Shown: one piece after another, positions 47,362 through 60,517 of the stretch
How positions within the stretch are numbered: position 1 is the first letter of the stretch
Layout: each line of letters begins with the position of its first letter
Assembly: GCA_020891255.1 (NCBI GenBank)
Contig: BQFW01000002.1
Coordinates: 2,356,001-2,420,000 of the forward strand
Source: Entomortierella parvispora E1425
Taxonomy: Eukaryota; Fungi; Mortierellomycota
Direction of reading: 5' to 3'
DNA: 64,000 nt
Notes under the pieces: model-generated
Databases searched by the model: none
What the model was told of the DNA's origin: nothing
Seen by the model: only the letters and a program-made list of their open reading frames with translations
Position numbers and translations under genes: made by a program

Positions 47362-50300
47362 TTATCCGAGGCCGAGGCCGAGTCCAACACCTTGTTTGCT
47401 GCTGCGTCCCTTCTTGTCCTTGCTACCTCGGTTCTGCTGTTGCTGTGTCGAGGGTCGTTGAGAAGACCCTGACAAGGACTCTCCTTCTGCGAACCCTCTG
47501 TTTCCATTCTGTCCTTTGGTCTGCATAGCAGGAGATCTGGGTGATGAATGTCCTGTCTGGCTTTCTTCTACTCCTGCCTCCCCTCCACTTCCTCCGACCC
47601 CAACAAGCAATGTGCCACTTGAACCAGCCCTGGAAGCCTGCTGCAAATGTTGTTGTTGAGCCGCTGCCGCTGCCGCCGCCGTCAAGTTACCATAGCGGCC
47701 CTTCAAGATCCACATCATGTAAGCATCATAGCGTGCCCTTGTTCCAGAGCTTGCCCCCCAGTACGGATTCAGACTCGTCTGTCCCACAGTGTACAATGTC
47801 AACTTTGGCAATTCCACATGGGCGTTGTAGAGTACCATCTCAGACTCGCTCGGCACCTTGATCACAGTCTGGATAGGCGCCAATATAATTGGTGGTTCTG
47901 GGTAAGGTCCAATGTCGATAGAGTCCATGCAGGTGGCATTCAGAGCCTCGTCTTCTCCAGTGTTAGTTCCTAAAGTAGAAGTCCGTCTGTTTGTAGGGCG
48001 ATGGCCATGAATTGACTGCTGATGTTGCTGCTGTTGTGGTCGTTCGGTCGAAGGTTGTCCGATTCGTGAGGCTGCGTAATAAAACTCTTCCTCGTCGTTC
48101 AATTCTACTGTTCCCAAAGTGGCGGTCGAACTGGACGACATCGTAGCCTTGGGCCGCCGCTGGAAGTCATCATTTCTGCCAATGACGCTGAGACTGGGTC
48201 GAATAGCGTCCAGATATTGTTGCTGATAAGATGTCTGTTGCTCCTTCTGTCGAGATTGTGCTTGGATTGCATTCAGACCATTGGCAATAGACCCAGACAC
48301 AGGGGTCGTTGAAGTGGTGTTGGGATTCGTTCCCGTCTGACATTCCTCTGTCTGACTGGCATGAGCATTGATCCCAAAAGAGGCTGCACCTTTCACCGGA
48401 ACAGAGTCGAACCGAATGGACTTGAACTGCTGGGTATATCTGATGGAAAAGAACAAAAGAACAAGTTCAACGTCAGTGCCTCATTCTCATCAAACAATTA
48501 TCCCAGTCAACAACGACCACACTATATCACCATACCTTTTGTACTCTTTGGTCTCTTGCGATGTTACATCCGGCTGTAAAGATTTCTTGACCATGTCTTC
48601 AATGGCGGATCGGCCCTTGGTGCCACCTGTCTCTCCGGAGGCTAGACCGTCCGTAGCCGCCGTTGCTTCAGAGAAACCTTTACCGTTTTCGGTTCCAACG
48701 ACAATGTTAAGTGGAAGCGGTACAAAATTTGGATCATGAATGGCAAACTTTGGCAAGTTGGTCCAGACATTCTTTGTCAGCTCCCACTCCTCCTCTTTGG
48801 ACCTGGGTATATGTGTGGGAAGCCGCACCTTCTCATCTTTTTGGCCATTGCTTGACTTTAACAGAACGGAGGTCTTTTCGTCATACTCAGAGACTGGGAA
48901 AGAGGCAATGGACAGCCGACTGCTCCGAGAATGATGGGCGACTCCGTCCTTGTTCCTGGAATTGCTCTTCACAGAAGATTCGTCTCCTTCGTCCAAACTG
49001 GCCAGAAAGCCCTTCTTACGTCCAGCACTCAAAGGTAGCGTCTTTGATCCATTTGACAACGCTGAGGAAGAGTTGGACGACACTTTTGATCCAACTGTTG
49101 ATGCTGGGCGCCTTCCGCCGTTGTTGCCGTTACCATTATTTCCCACAAGACCTAGCCAGCTCAACATGGAGGGCTTCTCTGATTTCGCGGCGGCCCTTGC
49201 ACTACAGATCATTACAGGCATCGTTAATACCTCATCCCTGAAGGGTCAAATGACCAAAAGCAGCAGTATGCTTACTTGATTTCAGCCTGAGAGGGAAGAC
49301 TATGATTCAGTCGAACCTCAAAGGGGGATTGCTCTGATGAGTTTTTGATTCTAGCCATGCAAAAAAGGAAAAAGGGAAATTAGACTTTAAATTCGTTGGG
49401 AACATTTTAAGTTGCTCCTTTCTTTCAGCTTCCTTACCCTGGTGGCATGTATCGACTGGTCGAGTTCATGTTGTACGCAAACAGCCTCTGGAAGGACGTC
49501 TGGACTTTTGGTCGATAGTATTCGTCCCAATACTCCTCCCAGCCAGTGGAGGCACCCCCTCCATCCTCCTCGTCGTCATCCTTAGAACAACTCGCCATCA
49601 TGTCATACGCGTACTTCTCCCCCCGACTCACATTCCCGCCACTGTTTGCATAGTAGTAATAGGCAGCGGCGCTCTCCGGCCTAGAAATAGCCGAATAAGA
49701 TGAGGCCGACACGCTTGAACGAGATCCCGAGTGCCGGAGATGTGGATGAGAAACATGCGATGGGTAGTAGTGTCTCAACGAAGAGGATATCGACGAGGCT
49801 GAAGAGTGGGGCCTAGGGACAGCTGCTGTTGGGGTTGAAGGCCTTGGAGGCTTGAGAAAGTTGAGCGGCGGAACGATTCGATCTTGAAAATCGACATAGC
49901 TCCCATCCAAAGAAGACACACGTCCAGACGATGGCTCATTGTCACTGACGTCCAATGTTGAGAGGGATCGGACATTAGGATTTGATTGAGACGTCTTAAT
50001 CCCGTCATGCCTCTGACCCTCTGAGCGCTGCCTGTGACCACGCTTAGGAGTGTTTGAAAGCATCAGAGATTGAGCCTTGGGAGTCGTACCAAGATTAGAA
50101 CATTGGACTGAGTCCTGAGTAGCTGTGGATACGGACTGGTCAGAGAGTGTAGACTCTGTCGACTCCATGCTGTCAACTCGCTCAGGTTTGACACGCGACG
50201 GTTCCTGACTCTGTGTCGAATAATCATCATCATCCTCGGAATGCAAGTGTTCGATATGATCCTCCTTTTGCATTGCTTTTGGAGTTCCGGTATCGTCTCT

Positions 50301-53181
50301 GCTGATTTCAGGATGCCTACGCCTCCTCCGTCCATGGCCAAGGGACTTTAGGTTGGGATCCAAACTATCCAGACGCTGGTCCGAATTTTCATCCGCATGA
50401 TGATCACCATTCCTGTCTTGTTCTTGTTCTTCGCCCTCTTCATCATCCTCATAGTACTCTCCTTCCTCGGCCTGTCCGTCGTATTCGTCGTTATCGTAAT
50501 CCTGGTCATCATAAAAAGTCGCAGGCTCGTCGTATCCTGCATCCTCCAATCGAAACCTGCAGGCCAAGTACTCGTTCCGTGCAATTGCTGCCTCCTCTTC
50601 TAGAAAACTCTTTCTAGCCAAGACCTCTTGAGGCAGAAGCGCGTCTGGCGTCCACCATTTGGTGTAGCTCTTCCGGAACTGCTTCATCTCTGGATCGGTG
50701 ATGTTGTGCAGGTGGTAATCTCCTGGAAGCTCCCATAGTGCTGGACCGGATCCTTTTCGAACTCGATAGTTTCCTAGGAATAAGTTCATGGCATCTTGCT
50801 TCTCGGCATCTATTAAAGAATGCAATTATTAGATCCAAGTCTGCAAAGGCATCGTATCTCCCTGTTTCCTCTAGCGTATGAAGAGACGTACCCACGAAAC
50901 TGTTGCTGTAAAACCGACGAATACTTTCAATCATGTCACGACTGTGGCTGGTCCACTGGTTGATCTTCCTATATGTTTCCATTGTATTGACCAGATGTGA
51001 TCCTCCGTACTGCAGTGCTATTGTATCTCCGTGGTCGTGATACATCTCAGTCAACATGTTGGTCACGTCGCAGTCAAAAGGGACTACCGGTTCAGACACC
51101 AGTCCTAACGAATAGAGCTAACACAATATAGCAGATTCGACATCAGCAATGAGTAAGTAACATCGTCTAAGCAAAGCCCCTCGGCATGATGTAGACGGTG
51201 TTTGGGCGCTCGGGTGTTACCTGATGTCCAAGAGCACACTTCGCAATGATGAATTGGGCCGCATTCGTACGATCTAAACAGTCGATACAGTTTGTTCGAA
51301 CCACACCATTCTGCAATCCAGAAATGTAAAGTGTACTCTTTTTGCTGCCTTGGGGTACTGGAGTCGAGTCCGGGTTGTAATTCTTTTGATTGTTGAGATG
51401 GTGTCCACTATGAAAGAAACCTGTTTGCGCAAAAGTTTTCTCGGCTATAATCTCTAGCACCGAAATAACGTTCTCGTTCGGACTATTGCGTGGTATGTAA
51501 GGATCATCGTGTTAGAAACTGCGTAATTGCGGTGCGATTTTTTCTAGTTGAACACGCGAAAATGGTGAAGCTCTTTACCTCTTGGATGCTCGAGACATAT
51601 CCCACTTGATATGCCATATCTTTTTATCCTCTGGAAGGAATTGATTCAGATATTCGATACAATCCGAGAACTCCTTTAGTAACAAGGATTCACGAGGGGT
51701 CTTTTCCTTTGCCTTGATCAAATTGAGGACAATACAAGGGGCGCCATATCGTTTGAACATATCGTCGAAATGAAGTGCCGCTGCAGAGAAATAAGGATCG
51801 ACCACATTAAGCTCGATGGGTGGCTTCGGTGACATGTTGGTTCCATCCTGGGTCCAGAATAATGGGATAGATCCACGATGTTGTACAAAGGATGTGTGAT
51901 TTGGGTTGGCATGTAATGATCCCGCGCCATAAAAAGATGTTGTCGACATTTCGGAAACGATTTGCTCTGTTTCAACATCGTTTGCCACATAACCCTACAA
52001 AAAAATAAAACAAGATAGGTATGAGAACACCGTGGCTTTCGTGCAAAAGGTCATCATCCATCCATGAGTGTATTCAATACCCTATCGTTCACGCCGCGCT
52101 TCAAAAATCGCGCTCCTGCAAAGAACCTTGATCGACGTGCAATCAGGGTCACATATACATTTCGCCCCAGTATTGAAAGTTCTATTGTGAACAAAAAAGA
52201 TGAATGGTCAAGAAAAAAGTTTCTGCAAGGGCCAATAGGTCTCCTTGGATCACAACGAGCTTCGTTTCCAACATACTTGATTGATCTACGAATCCATACA
52301 TGATCGGCAGCGCCCATTGATTTTCAATCCCTGTTTGCGGACCAAATGCATTCTCCAGCAGGTATTGATTCCAGACAAACATGCGATTCCTGCCTTCGAC
52401 CTTGTGATTCCTGGTCATGTTCCATTGCAGTGTTCTCGTCACGTCGTACGAGTAGGAGAAATAAAAGTTTTTCGTCAGATCGACCATCTGGAACATTTGG
52501 AGGTACCGAGCCTCGTCCGAGTTCTTGTCCAGTTTCGAAGTCGGTGTGGTCGAGGAATGGATCGAGATGGTCTGGGTCGAATCGATGTGAAAGATATAAT
52601 GCCCCCCGATCAACGCCACGGGCGACCGTTTTGTGATCAGGGTCATGTAGTAACCCTCTGTGAATCGGACGAGACCAATGATTCCATAGAACTTTGTGAT
52701 CTCGCGCATCCCTCCTGTGGACTTGTTGCCGTTCGCGATCATGTCCAGGAGCTCATCGACTTCTGTCTTTGTATAGACTGCCTCATCTTCGGTGATGCCT
52801 GGTTCGTCCGGGGATGTTGTCCTGTCGATTTTTAGCACACGGAAACGTGTTCCTGCAGGGGCGTTTGTTCCAACGATGAAGAACCGCTGTATTTTTTTTT
52901 TTTTTTTTTGTCAACCGAGAAAAAAAAGTCAGGGGAATAGGGTCAGAGGACCTTGGCTAAAAAAAAAAAAGAGATAAAGAGAGAGAGAGAGGGGGGTCTC
53001 CTTTGAGGAAGATAGAGAATGCTCTTACAGTCTTTGTCTCGTAGAGAACAAATCGGTTCAGGACCACATGTCCAGGACGGGCAGGCGGGGGTGGGAAGGT
53101 GAAGGCTGGAAACTGGGATAGGCCTCGAGGCTGTTCTTGGGGCAATGTCGTGTCAGACGGAGACTCGCCCAGAGGAGGCAT
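47362..53181 (-). CDS. FIG4: SAC-domain PI(3,5)P2 5-phosphatase with a long low-complexity C-terminus, multi-exon; start codon uncertain
   Basis: [59 protein letters not shown] (CX5R), [17 protein letters not shown]. Confidence 0.92.
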
Positions 53182-53302
53182 TGAACGTGGCAAAGTAGAA
53201 CGAACGGAAGGGTCGATGGTGAGGCGAGAACGAGTCGATGCAAGGACCGCAGGTAAAGGCGATGCAGGGTTTTAGCTGGCTTTGAATGGCAACCAAGAGA
53301 GA

Positions 53303-53340
53303 GGGAGGGAGGGAGGGAGGGAGGGAGGGAGGGAGGGGGA
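53303..53340 (+). repeat. (GGGA)n tract with G-quadruplex potential
   Basis: About 9 GGGA units seen directly, 120-160 bp upstream of the FIG4 ATG. Confidence 0.8.
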
Positions 53341-54673
53341 TGCAGTAAGGACGCGGACTGGGACAAAGGCATGGACGAGTGCATGGACAATGGCATGCAG
53401 ACGGACGCGTGAGTGAATGTGCGAAGGAGAGAGTGACTGCTGTTCTGGGGGACAGAGAGAGAGGAGAGATGCTTTCAGTGTCGTTGTGCTTGTGTGCCCT
53501 GTGTGCCTGTGTGCACTTCCCTTTGCCTGTCCCCTGACCTTGCCTTTCTTTACCTCGACCTCACCGCAGATCTTTTTCTCCACTCTGCCATTTTCCCACG
53601 AACCGACATGGATGCCGATCGTGGCTTCTCCTCTCTCTCTCTTGATCGTCATCGTGGACGTCATCGTGGATACATAGACAGAGGAGGGACCATCACGGGA
53701 GAACGGACTGCCGCGCGGCATCCCAACTCTTGGTAACCCTCCTGTAGGCGAACCAGGGTATGGGTCCAAGTTCGAGACGTTTCATGGACGGAATAAAAGC
53801 CGGCAAGATAGATAAAGGTTCCCCTTCTTGGCAGACAACAGGCGCCCTCTGGCAAAGAGCCAAAAGTGAGGCTTTTCTTTTTTTGGCAGTGGTGATCAAG
53901 GTCAAACCTTTGCACAAAAAGTTTATCCAGAGGGGAAACAATATCATCCGCGGCCCTGTGTCGCCAGGGGATGGCGACAATGACGGGGGGTGGTGAACGA
54001 CGACAACTTCAAACTTTTGCCATCCTGCGCACCTGTGAGACGAGGGGAGAAGGATCCTCTTTTGGATTTTTCCCCTCCAATCCCACGCGAGTCGCGATTC
54101 TGGCCGCCTAAACCCGAACAGCGACTTTGGCTGTTGTGCGAAAGGAGAAAGCGACAATCAGGCAGGGTGCGACTCTTTCTTTATTCCGTCTTCGATCAAC
54201 CCTGACCGCATGGACAGCGACCCTGCTTGCCTGCCTCCAGCCCACGACCCCTCCCCTCCTTCCCTGATCGTCGTTGCCTTCGCCCAACTGCTGTCTGTCA
54301 CGGCTTTTCTTTTTTTTTTAATTGGATTTTTTCCCTTTCCTGAGGTTCTCTTCAGTCTGTTCTTTTTTCCCTCCCTTCTTGCGCAACTTCTTGCTCCGTC
54401 TACTTTGCACCTACTACACCCCTGCACTGCTTCCTACTATTCCTCCAGTCTATCGCTGCGATCGCCCTTTCACTTGTCGCACTTTTTAACAAACACACCT
54501 CCCTGTCCAGTGATCAGATCTCTCTTCTCTCGTTGGGCAGCCTTTTGATTCAAAAACGAGCACTTTGAGCTCTCTCTCTTTTCTATTCCTCTCAATTGCT
54601 CCTCTCTTCTCCACTCTTCATCGCTCGTACCTTTCCGTCCACCCTCATCTTTCAACACGCCAGATCCTTCACC

Positions 54674-55768
54674 ATGATCTCTGCACTCAGAAAATACGTA
54701 TCGAGGGATCGTATAAGAGGCTTGCGAGTGTCCATCTATTCTTTTACCTCCTGCAACGCCTTTCTTGTCACGGCCTCTTTTTCCTTTTCTGTCACCTCGT
54801 TCAAGGAATCCGCCAACGCGATCTATCTCATTCCTCAACTCTGCATATTTCTCTGCACCGTTTTCTATTGCTTTTACAAATCAAAATACAGCAATCCAGC
54901 ACGCCCACTAGTGCAGCTCCTCCTCTCCATCCCTCTTGCGGCCGCCTACCTCTTTTTCTCAGTCGCGGTCTTCTTGAAGCTGGCGGCCGGACTCACCAAT
55001 GTCCTTTTCTTGTTCTGGATCGTCGAAGGAGTCAATGTCCTCATTGCAGTCCTGATCCTACTCGAGGCCTGGTTTACTTGGTTGTTACGAAACGTCGACG
55101 AAGCACAGTCAACGGACGATGAGGACGAAGCTCAACAACGTCAGCGTTCCACCTCGGGTCAAGGTAGTACAGATCCAACCGTTCCAGCAGCTGTCCACCT
55201 CTACCAACCCCGACTCTCCCTTCCCCACGTCAACGTTGCCGGATCGGCCCAGACTGCCGACGGTGGCATGAGGCGACACTCGGTCCAAGCATCCTCGACC
55301 GATGGTGTAGTGATCCAAGACGACGATGATCTCTATATGGAGATGGAGGAATTGCCGAAGTACCAGCGAAGACGACCTGCCCAATCTGCAACCATTATTG
55401 ACCTCTCAAACCTGACCAGTGTCGATGCGGCTGTCCTCAACACCGTGATCCGTGACCCGGAGGCACGCTTATCTCTCCATGGTCAGGCGGGCCCAGATGC
55501 GGTGCACGACATTATCATCACTGATCCTCTCGAGGATGACACAACAGCACCCGAGTACTCACCGCCGTTGCCGCCGGCAGCTGCTCCGGGATCCATCCCA
55601 GAGGTTGTCATTGATTTGGCGCCCAATGAGGAAAATCAGGTGTCACGGGATACAACAACAGAGACGACGGCCCAAAGCACGACATCAATGGCTGCTGCCA
55701 CGATACCAGTATCCCAAACAACGACAGAGTCCCCAACTGCTCCTGAACCACCTGTCTATGTTCCTTGA
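54674..55768 (+). CDS. Four-TM MARVEL-like membrane protein 1 with a long tail carrying PY-like motifs
   Basis: Four hydrophobic segments; tail motifs HLYQPRLSL, LPKY, PEYSPP, PPVY; intronless. Confidence 0.8.
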   Translation: MISALRKYVSRDRIRGLRVSIYSFTSCNAFLVTASFSFSVTSFKESANAIYLIPQLCIFLCTVFYCFYKSKYSNPARPLVQLLLSIPLAAAYLFFSVAVFLKLAAGLTNVLFLFWIVEGVNVLIAVLILLEAWFTWLLRNVDEAQSTDDEDEAQQRQRSTSGQGSTDPTVPAAVHLYQPRLSLPHVNVAGSAQTADGGMRRHSVQASSTDGVVIQDDDDLYMEMEELPKYQRRRPAQSATIIDLSNLTSVDAAVLNTVIRDPEARLSLHGQAGPDAVHDIIITDPLEDDTTAPEYSPPLPPAAAPGSIPEVVIDLAPNEENQVSRDTTTETTAQSTTSMAAATIPVSQTTTESPTAPEPPVYVP

Positions 55769-56419
55769 ATCTATGAAGACTGGTCCAAAGACCCCACGCT
55801 TTATCAATAGACGGAATCTTTGTATAATAGTTAATGTTAATAAAACACCACCTGCCAAAAAAAAAAAAAAAAAAAAAAAAAAGCAACGCTGTCTTCTTTT
55901 CTTATGAAGCAGTGGAAGGTCTGGAAAAGAGAAAAGGGTCGCATTGTCCACGCGCGTTTTGTATCATTTCTACGCACAAAGACGCACATGGCCCTGCTGT
56001 TCGAACCTCGGAATCCCAGCAGACGTTTTACTAGGACCCAACTGCCTGCGGCTGCAGGTGGCAGTGAGCCCTGAAAGAAACAAAGTCGACAGGACAGATT
56101 GGCCGTTTTGTGACTCGCCACTGGCCGCTGCTCGATGGAAAACAGAACGTCTTCTTGGTGAGCCCCCATCAAAGGGAGTTCCACGAATGGGCAAACTTGT
56201 TACCAGGGACTTGAAAGTCTAAAAATTGAGGCTGAGACTCGCAGAGACTCGCTGTCGTTTACAGTACTGCACCAAGGTTCATGAGAGCGCCATGGTGCAG
56301 AGGAATACATAAAAGAACCCAGGTTCGACAAAGATAATATTTTCTTCTCTCACAAAAGCCCCGGATTTTCCTTTCTCTTACACTCTCTTACCCACTCCTC
56401 TCATTTCAACTTTTCCTCC

Positions 56420-57292
56420 ATGGCCTCCTTGGAATTAAACACCAAGTCCGAGTCGGGTGTCAGACTTCCTGGATACTCTCAAGCAGATCCCATAACAGAG
56501 CCACAGCCAGCGCGGTTTGCCCGAATAATCCACCCTCACATCCGCCTCTTGGAAATTGGCATAGCCGCGGTCGCCCTGGTGAATGTTTGTGTCTGTGGTG
56601 TAGCAGTTGCACTCTTCAACAAGCAGTCGCTCATATCGGTCCCAGTCGTTCTCGACAACCCATTCTTTGTCATCGGACAATTGATTCTCTCTGCGATCGT
56701 TGTCGTGTGTTGCATAGTGGCCCTGACGTCCAGGGTTCGGGGATCTCCACCGCTCAGACTCTTGGGTTCAATTCTCGTCATTGGCATCAACATCTATTTG
56801 ATTGTCCACGATTTCCAATTCCTGTACAAGAAGAAAACCTATAATGAGCCTGTGGAACCTCTGTATTGTAGTGCTTTCGCGGACGGAGCCCGGTTCTCGG
56901 GCCAGGCAGGCTTTGCGGCCATGAACCTCTGCACGCTGGAAACGGTGATTCAGATCATCGGTCTGGTCTGGAGCTTGGGTCTGTTGGTCGAGTGTGTGGT
57001 CATGTTTGAGCACCACCGACGACGCAGTGCTGCCCCTCAGACACAACTTGACGAAACTATTGCCTCTGACTTGAGGGTAGGGTTCTTTGGGGAGAACGCC
57101 TTACCGACATCAAGATTGGAGCAGTACTATGGCAAGAACTATCCAGCTGTCATGAACGGCAGTGTCAAACTTGAGGTCCCAGCCACGGCACCACAGTTGC
57201 AACAGCAACAACAGCCCCGCGCGCTTTCCTTGAATGATTACATCCGGCACGGAGCAGCACCTTCTGGCACAACTACGACGCTCATGTCCTGA
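56420..57292 (+). CDS. Four-TM MARVEL-like membrane protein 2
   Basis: Four hydrophobic segments, a Cys pair in the TM3-TM4 loop, LLVE in TM4; TATA-like cataaaa at about 56307. Confidence 0.8.
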   Translation: MASLELNTKSESGVRLPGYSQADPITEPQPARFARIIHPHIRLLEIGIAAVALVNVCVCGVAVALFNKQSLISVPVVLDNPFFVIGQLILSAIVVVCCIVALTSRVRGSPPLRLLGSILVIGINIYLIVHDFQFLYKKKTYNEPVEPLYCSAFADGARFSGQAGFAAMNLCTLETVIQIIGLVWSLGLLVECVVMFEHHRRRSAAPQTQLDETIASDLRVGFFGENALPTSRLEQYYGKNYPAVMNGSVKLEVPATAPQLQQQQQPRALSLNDYIRHGAAPSGTTTTLMS

Positions 57293-58043
57293 TCGTCATC
57301 TTCCGCTGTAGTCCGTTTTCCTTCCCCCTTTTCGTTATTAATAAAATAAACACTCTGATACCCTTTCAAATATGAACAGTGCACGTAGACAACCAGCGCT
57401 GAAGTTGCTAACCATGATAGAAGATGAGGCGAGCCCAAACCTTGAGTCGCCAAGAGAGCAACAGCATGTAACATGGGAAAAAAAACTTTGTTTTCGTCGA
57501 CTTTTCTTTGCCGAAAGTGGCCCACCGCATGCTGTATCACCATTGTGGAGAAAGAGTCAAAAGAAAAAAGCGCGCTTTTGGGGCAAAGCATGATGGTCAA
57601 ATATTCTTGTGGAATTGTTCTTTTTTCATGATCACCCCCAGTCCCAAAAACAAAAAAAAGACATTCGAGAAACACGCTGCGGCCATGTAACATGTCCTTC
57701 GCCCCTGCAGCACCGCCACGCTACCATTTCGGCCTTTTCAAGGTCCAGATGGGCCAGCAGGACAACTTGTGAGCCACAGGGCAAGGCAAAAAAAAAAAAA
57801 AAGAACGCGGCGGCGTTGTTGTCGACTCTTTTTCTTCGTGCATCAGGGGGAAGACAAACATAAACCTTTTCCATAAAAAGGCGCCTCCAATCCGAACTTC
57901 GCGCCTTCTTTCAGAGTCCTTTCTGTATTACAACCTTTTCTGCCATCACTTTTGCATCGCTCGTTCTCTACAGTCAGTTTCCCTTAATAGCGACACCATA
58001 CGAATACCCTCCTTTCCCCCCCTCCTATATACCATTATATAAC

Positions 58044-58958
58044 ATGCGCGCTCCAATCTGCTACCCATTGCTCGGTCCACTTCGGATACTCATTTGTTTC
58101 CTCAGTCTCATCAGTCTTATTGCCATCTACATTGGAAAACGACTCTCGACCGCAAATGAAAGCTCGGACGCCGTAGCCCCATCAGGGACCATCCTAGCCA
58201 AGAATTCAGACAAATACTTTCAAGATGACACTCAACTCGGGCTCGACTATGCCATCTTCTTCATGGCCCTTTTCATCTATTTCAGACCTCAGACATCTTA
58301 TTGGTGGGCGGCTGGTCCGTGGCGTAGGATGATTGTGTCTTGGATCATGGCTGGACTCGGTGCCGGTTACGCTATCAATCAGCTCGTCCAGATCTTGACC
58401 ACGGACGACCCTGCCCATTCAGTGGATCAGATTGGTAATTTGCCCAAAGGGTGCAGTGTTCACGTGTACGATTTGACGCGAGGCCGGTGCTATATCCAGA
58501 TGGGCGTCAGCGCCGCCGAGATGTTCTGGGCTTTGTTGGTCGTCTTGGAAGGTGGACTGTGGGCTATGCAAAGAGGGGACAAGGTATGGCATGCTCAAAA
58601 GGCCAACAGTGAGGTTCAGAACGCCGTTCTTTACCAACCAACGAATACTCTTCCCACTGCCGATGCCTCGGACGAGGAAATGGACGGGTCGGTAGAGTTG
58701 GAAGAGATTCGCGTAGAGGGGGGAGGATTGTCCAGCCCAACTTTCCAGGAGGACGAGCCCCTTCCTAAGTATCAAGTCAAGGCCCCGAAAGGTCAGCCTC
58801 GGATCATTGACGCCACCCACCCACCTGAGCGATTGAGAGAAGCCGTGGAAGAGAGACTCCATCAAGACATCCCTTCGGGCTCTTCTTCGTCCACTGCATC
58901 GGCACCACCGGCATCACTTGTGCCATCATCGTCGATGCCTCCTTCTTACAGCGAATAG
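58044..58958 (+). CDS. Four-TM MARVEL-like membrane protein 3 with PY motifs
   Basis: LR in TM1, loop Cys pair, VVLE in TM4; tail VLYQP, LPKY, RIID, PPSY. Confidence 0.82.
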   Translation: MRAPICYPLLGPLRILICFLSLISLIAIYIGKRLSTANESSDAVAPSGTILAKNSDKYFQDDTQLGLDYAIFFMALFIYFRPQTSYWWAAGPWRRMIVSWIMAGLGAGYAINQLVQILTTDDPAHSVDQIGNLPKGCSVHVYDLTRGRCYIQMGVSAAEMFWALLVVLEGGLWAMQRGDKVWHAQKANSEVQNAVLYQPTNTLPTADASDEEMDGSVELEEIRVEGGGLSSPTFQEDEPLPKYQVKAPKGQPRIIDATHPPERLREAVEERLHQDIPSGSSSSTASAPPASLVPSSSMPPSYSE

Positions 58959-59914
58959 CTCGCTGATCCAGAAAATAAATAATGACATTCTTTCCTTCTA
59001 CGTGCCTACGGGTATCGGCTTCTCATCACAGGATGGAGTAACAAATGAGCTAGAGTCATTTAGGATTCAAGGAGGAGAGCACTTGCAAAACTCCATTCTA
59101 CTCCGTTTTCTCTCAGTAGTGGAAGGGCGACATTGTTGTCCTGCTGGATTGACGCGGTGAGCTGTCGTAGGCTGCAGGTTTGATATGGGCGGGACAGTTG
59201 GTAACATCCTAAAAGTTGAAGTGTTTGCAGGCAGTCTTTAGGATCGCCCCTTCCAGGTATTGTATTGACGAACGACGATCGACGATCGCAGTCTTTCCTT
59301 CCCTGGCAACTGAACCAAAAAAAAAAAAAAGAGCTCCAAAAATTATCGTAAGCAAAGCGAGACAAGAAGACACATTCAAAAACCTTACTTTTGCCGGTCG
59401 ACTCTTGTGGGGGGAGTCAGTCAAACTTACAAACAGATTCAGAGGACGGTCAGTCAATCAGGCACACACTTTCCTTTCATCCGGTCGACATTGAAGAAGG
59501 GAGATGACAGCGTCCCAGAAACTCGAGAAACACAGAGGCGAAAGACAGCTTAGTGTAATTAGGCTCATCTGAGACACCCTCCTTGGGTGCAACATCTGAA
59601 TGGGCGGAGTTAGGCTACCGGGCGGTGTCAAGCAGGCGTCATCCTGGGATTCCACTTCCCTGGGTCTGGGTGGCCGCCTGGGACTTTAGTCTGTTTGTCT
59701 GTTTGAACTCGCGCGAACAGAAAAGTTTATAAAAGGAGGCAAGAGCCGATCCGTGGCTTCATTCGTTTTCGATCCGTGGCTTCTTTATTCGTTTTCCCTC
59801 CAACCGTCTTCCTCTCGCGCGCGAACCGATTCACCCCTCGCCAACACAACACTTGACCATCATAAACACAAACAGACGCGCGCACCCCAGTCTTTCCGAG
59901 AACTTGCTGTCAAA

Positions 59915-60517
59915 ATGCTGATGTATACGTTTTTTTCCCTGAAGAACATCCAGTTTGGTTTCCAACGGAACCCGAACAAGCTTGTTCACACCCTGCGTCT
60001 CGCATTGGCCGCCCTTGCCGGACTGAACCTGCTATTACTCTTTGTGGGCCTTGGTCTCAGCTTTCGCTATACCTCTGCCACCATGTTCATCTATACGGTC
60101 CTCTTGGCCTTGGCCTGTTTGAACTCTCTGCTGAGCAGTCTCGTGTGGAATCTTTATATCCGCACCCTCGCAGGACTCATGGTTGCGTTGATGGCCATCT
60201 ATGCTGTTGTACAGGAAGTCCCTAATGTGAACTTTGGAAAGGACCCAGAGACACACCAAGTCTGCCAGCATTTCGGAGGCGAGGGCAAAATTGCGCCTTG
60301 TGTGATGATGACCTTGAACTTGACAACGACTTGTCTCATCATCCCCCTTCTGCTCATTGAACTCGCAGCAACAATCTGGGCTAGAATCCAGGCCAAGGAG
60401 GATCTCAAGATGCAAGCTGAGAGGGCCAAGATGGACGATGCACTTGAGTCTCAAAGAACCAAGGCCTACTTGATGGAGGTCCGGGCACAGGAACAACAAG
60501 GACCTAGTGGATTCTAG
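59915..60517 (+). CDS. Four-TM MARVEL-like membrane protein 4
   Basis: TLRLAL in TM1, DPETHQVC..FGGE...C loop, LLIE, LESQR tail. Clear paralog of 60954-61553. Confidence 0.8.
   Translation: MLMYTFFSLKNIQFGFQRNPNKLVHTLRLALAALAGLNLLLLFVGLGLSFRYTSATMFIYTVLLALACLNSLLSSLVWNLYIRTLAGLMVALMAIYAVVQEVPNVNFGKDPETHQVCQHFGGEGKIAPCVMMTLNLTTTCLIIPLLLIELAATIWARIQAKEDLKMQAERAKMDDALESQRTKAYLMEVRAQEQQGPSGF

Noticed and set aside
53272-53769. 165-aa ORF as a FIG4 first exon
   Set aside because: Runs through microsatellite and low-complexity DNA. The conserved FIG4 N-terminus begins further downstream. It cannot be fully excluded without RNA data.
54210-54548. Hydrophobic 112-aa ORF that could be a seventh membrane protein
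   Set aside because: Phe/Leu/Ser richness comes from a CT-rich promoter/UTR tract. None of the family landmarks are present.
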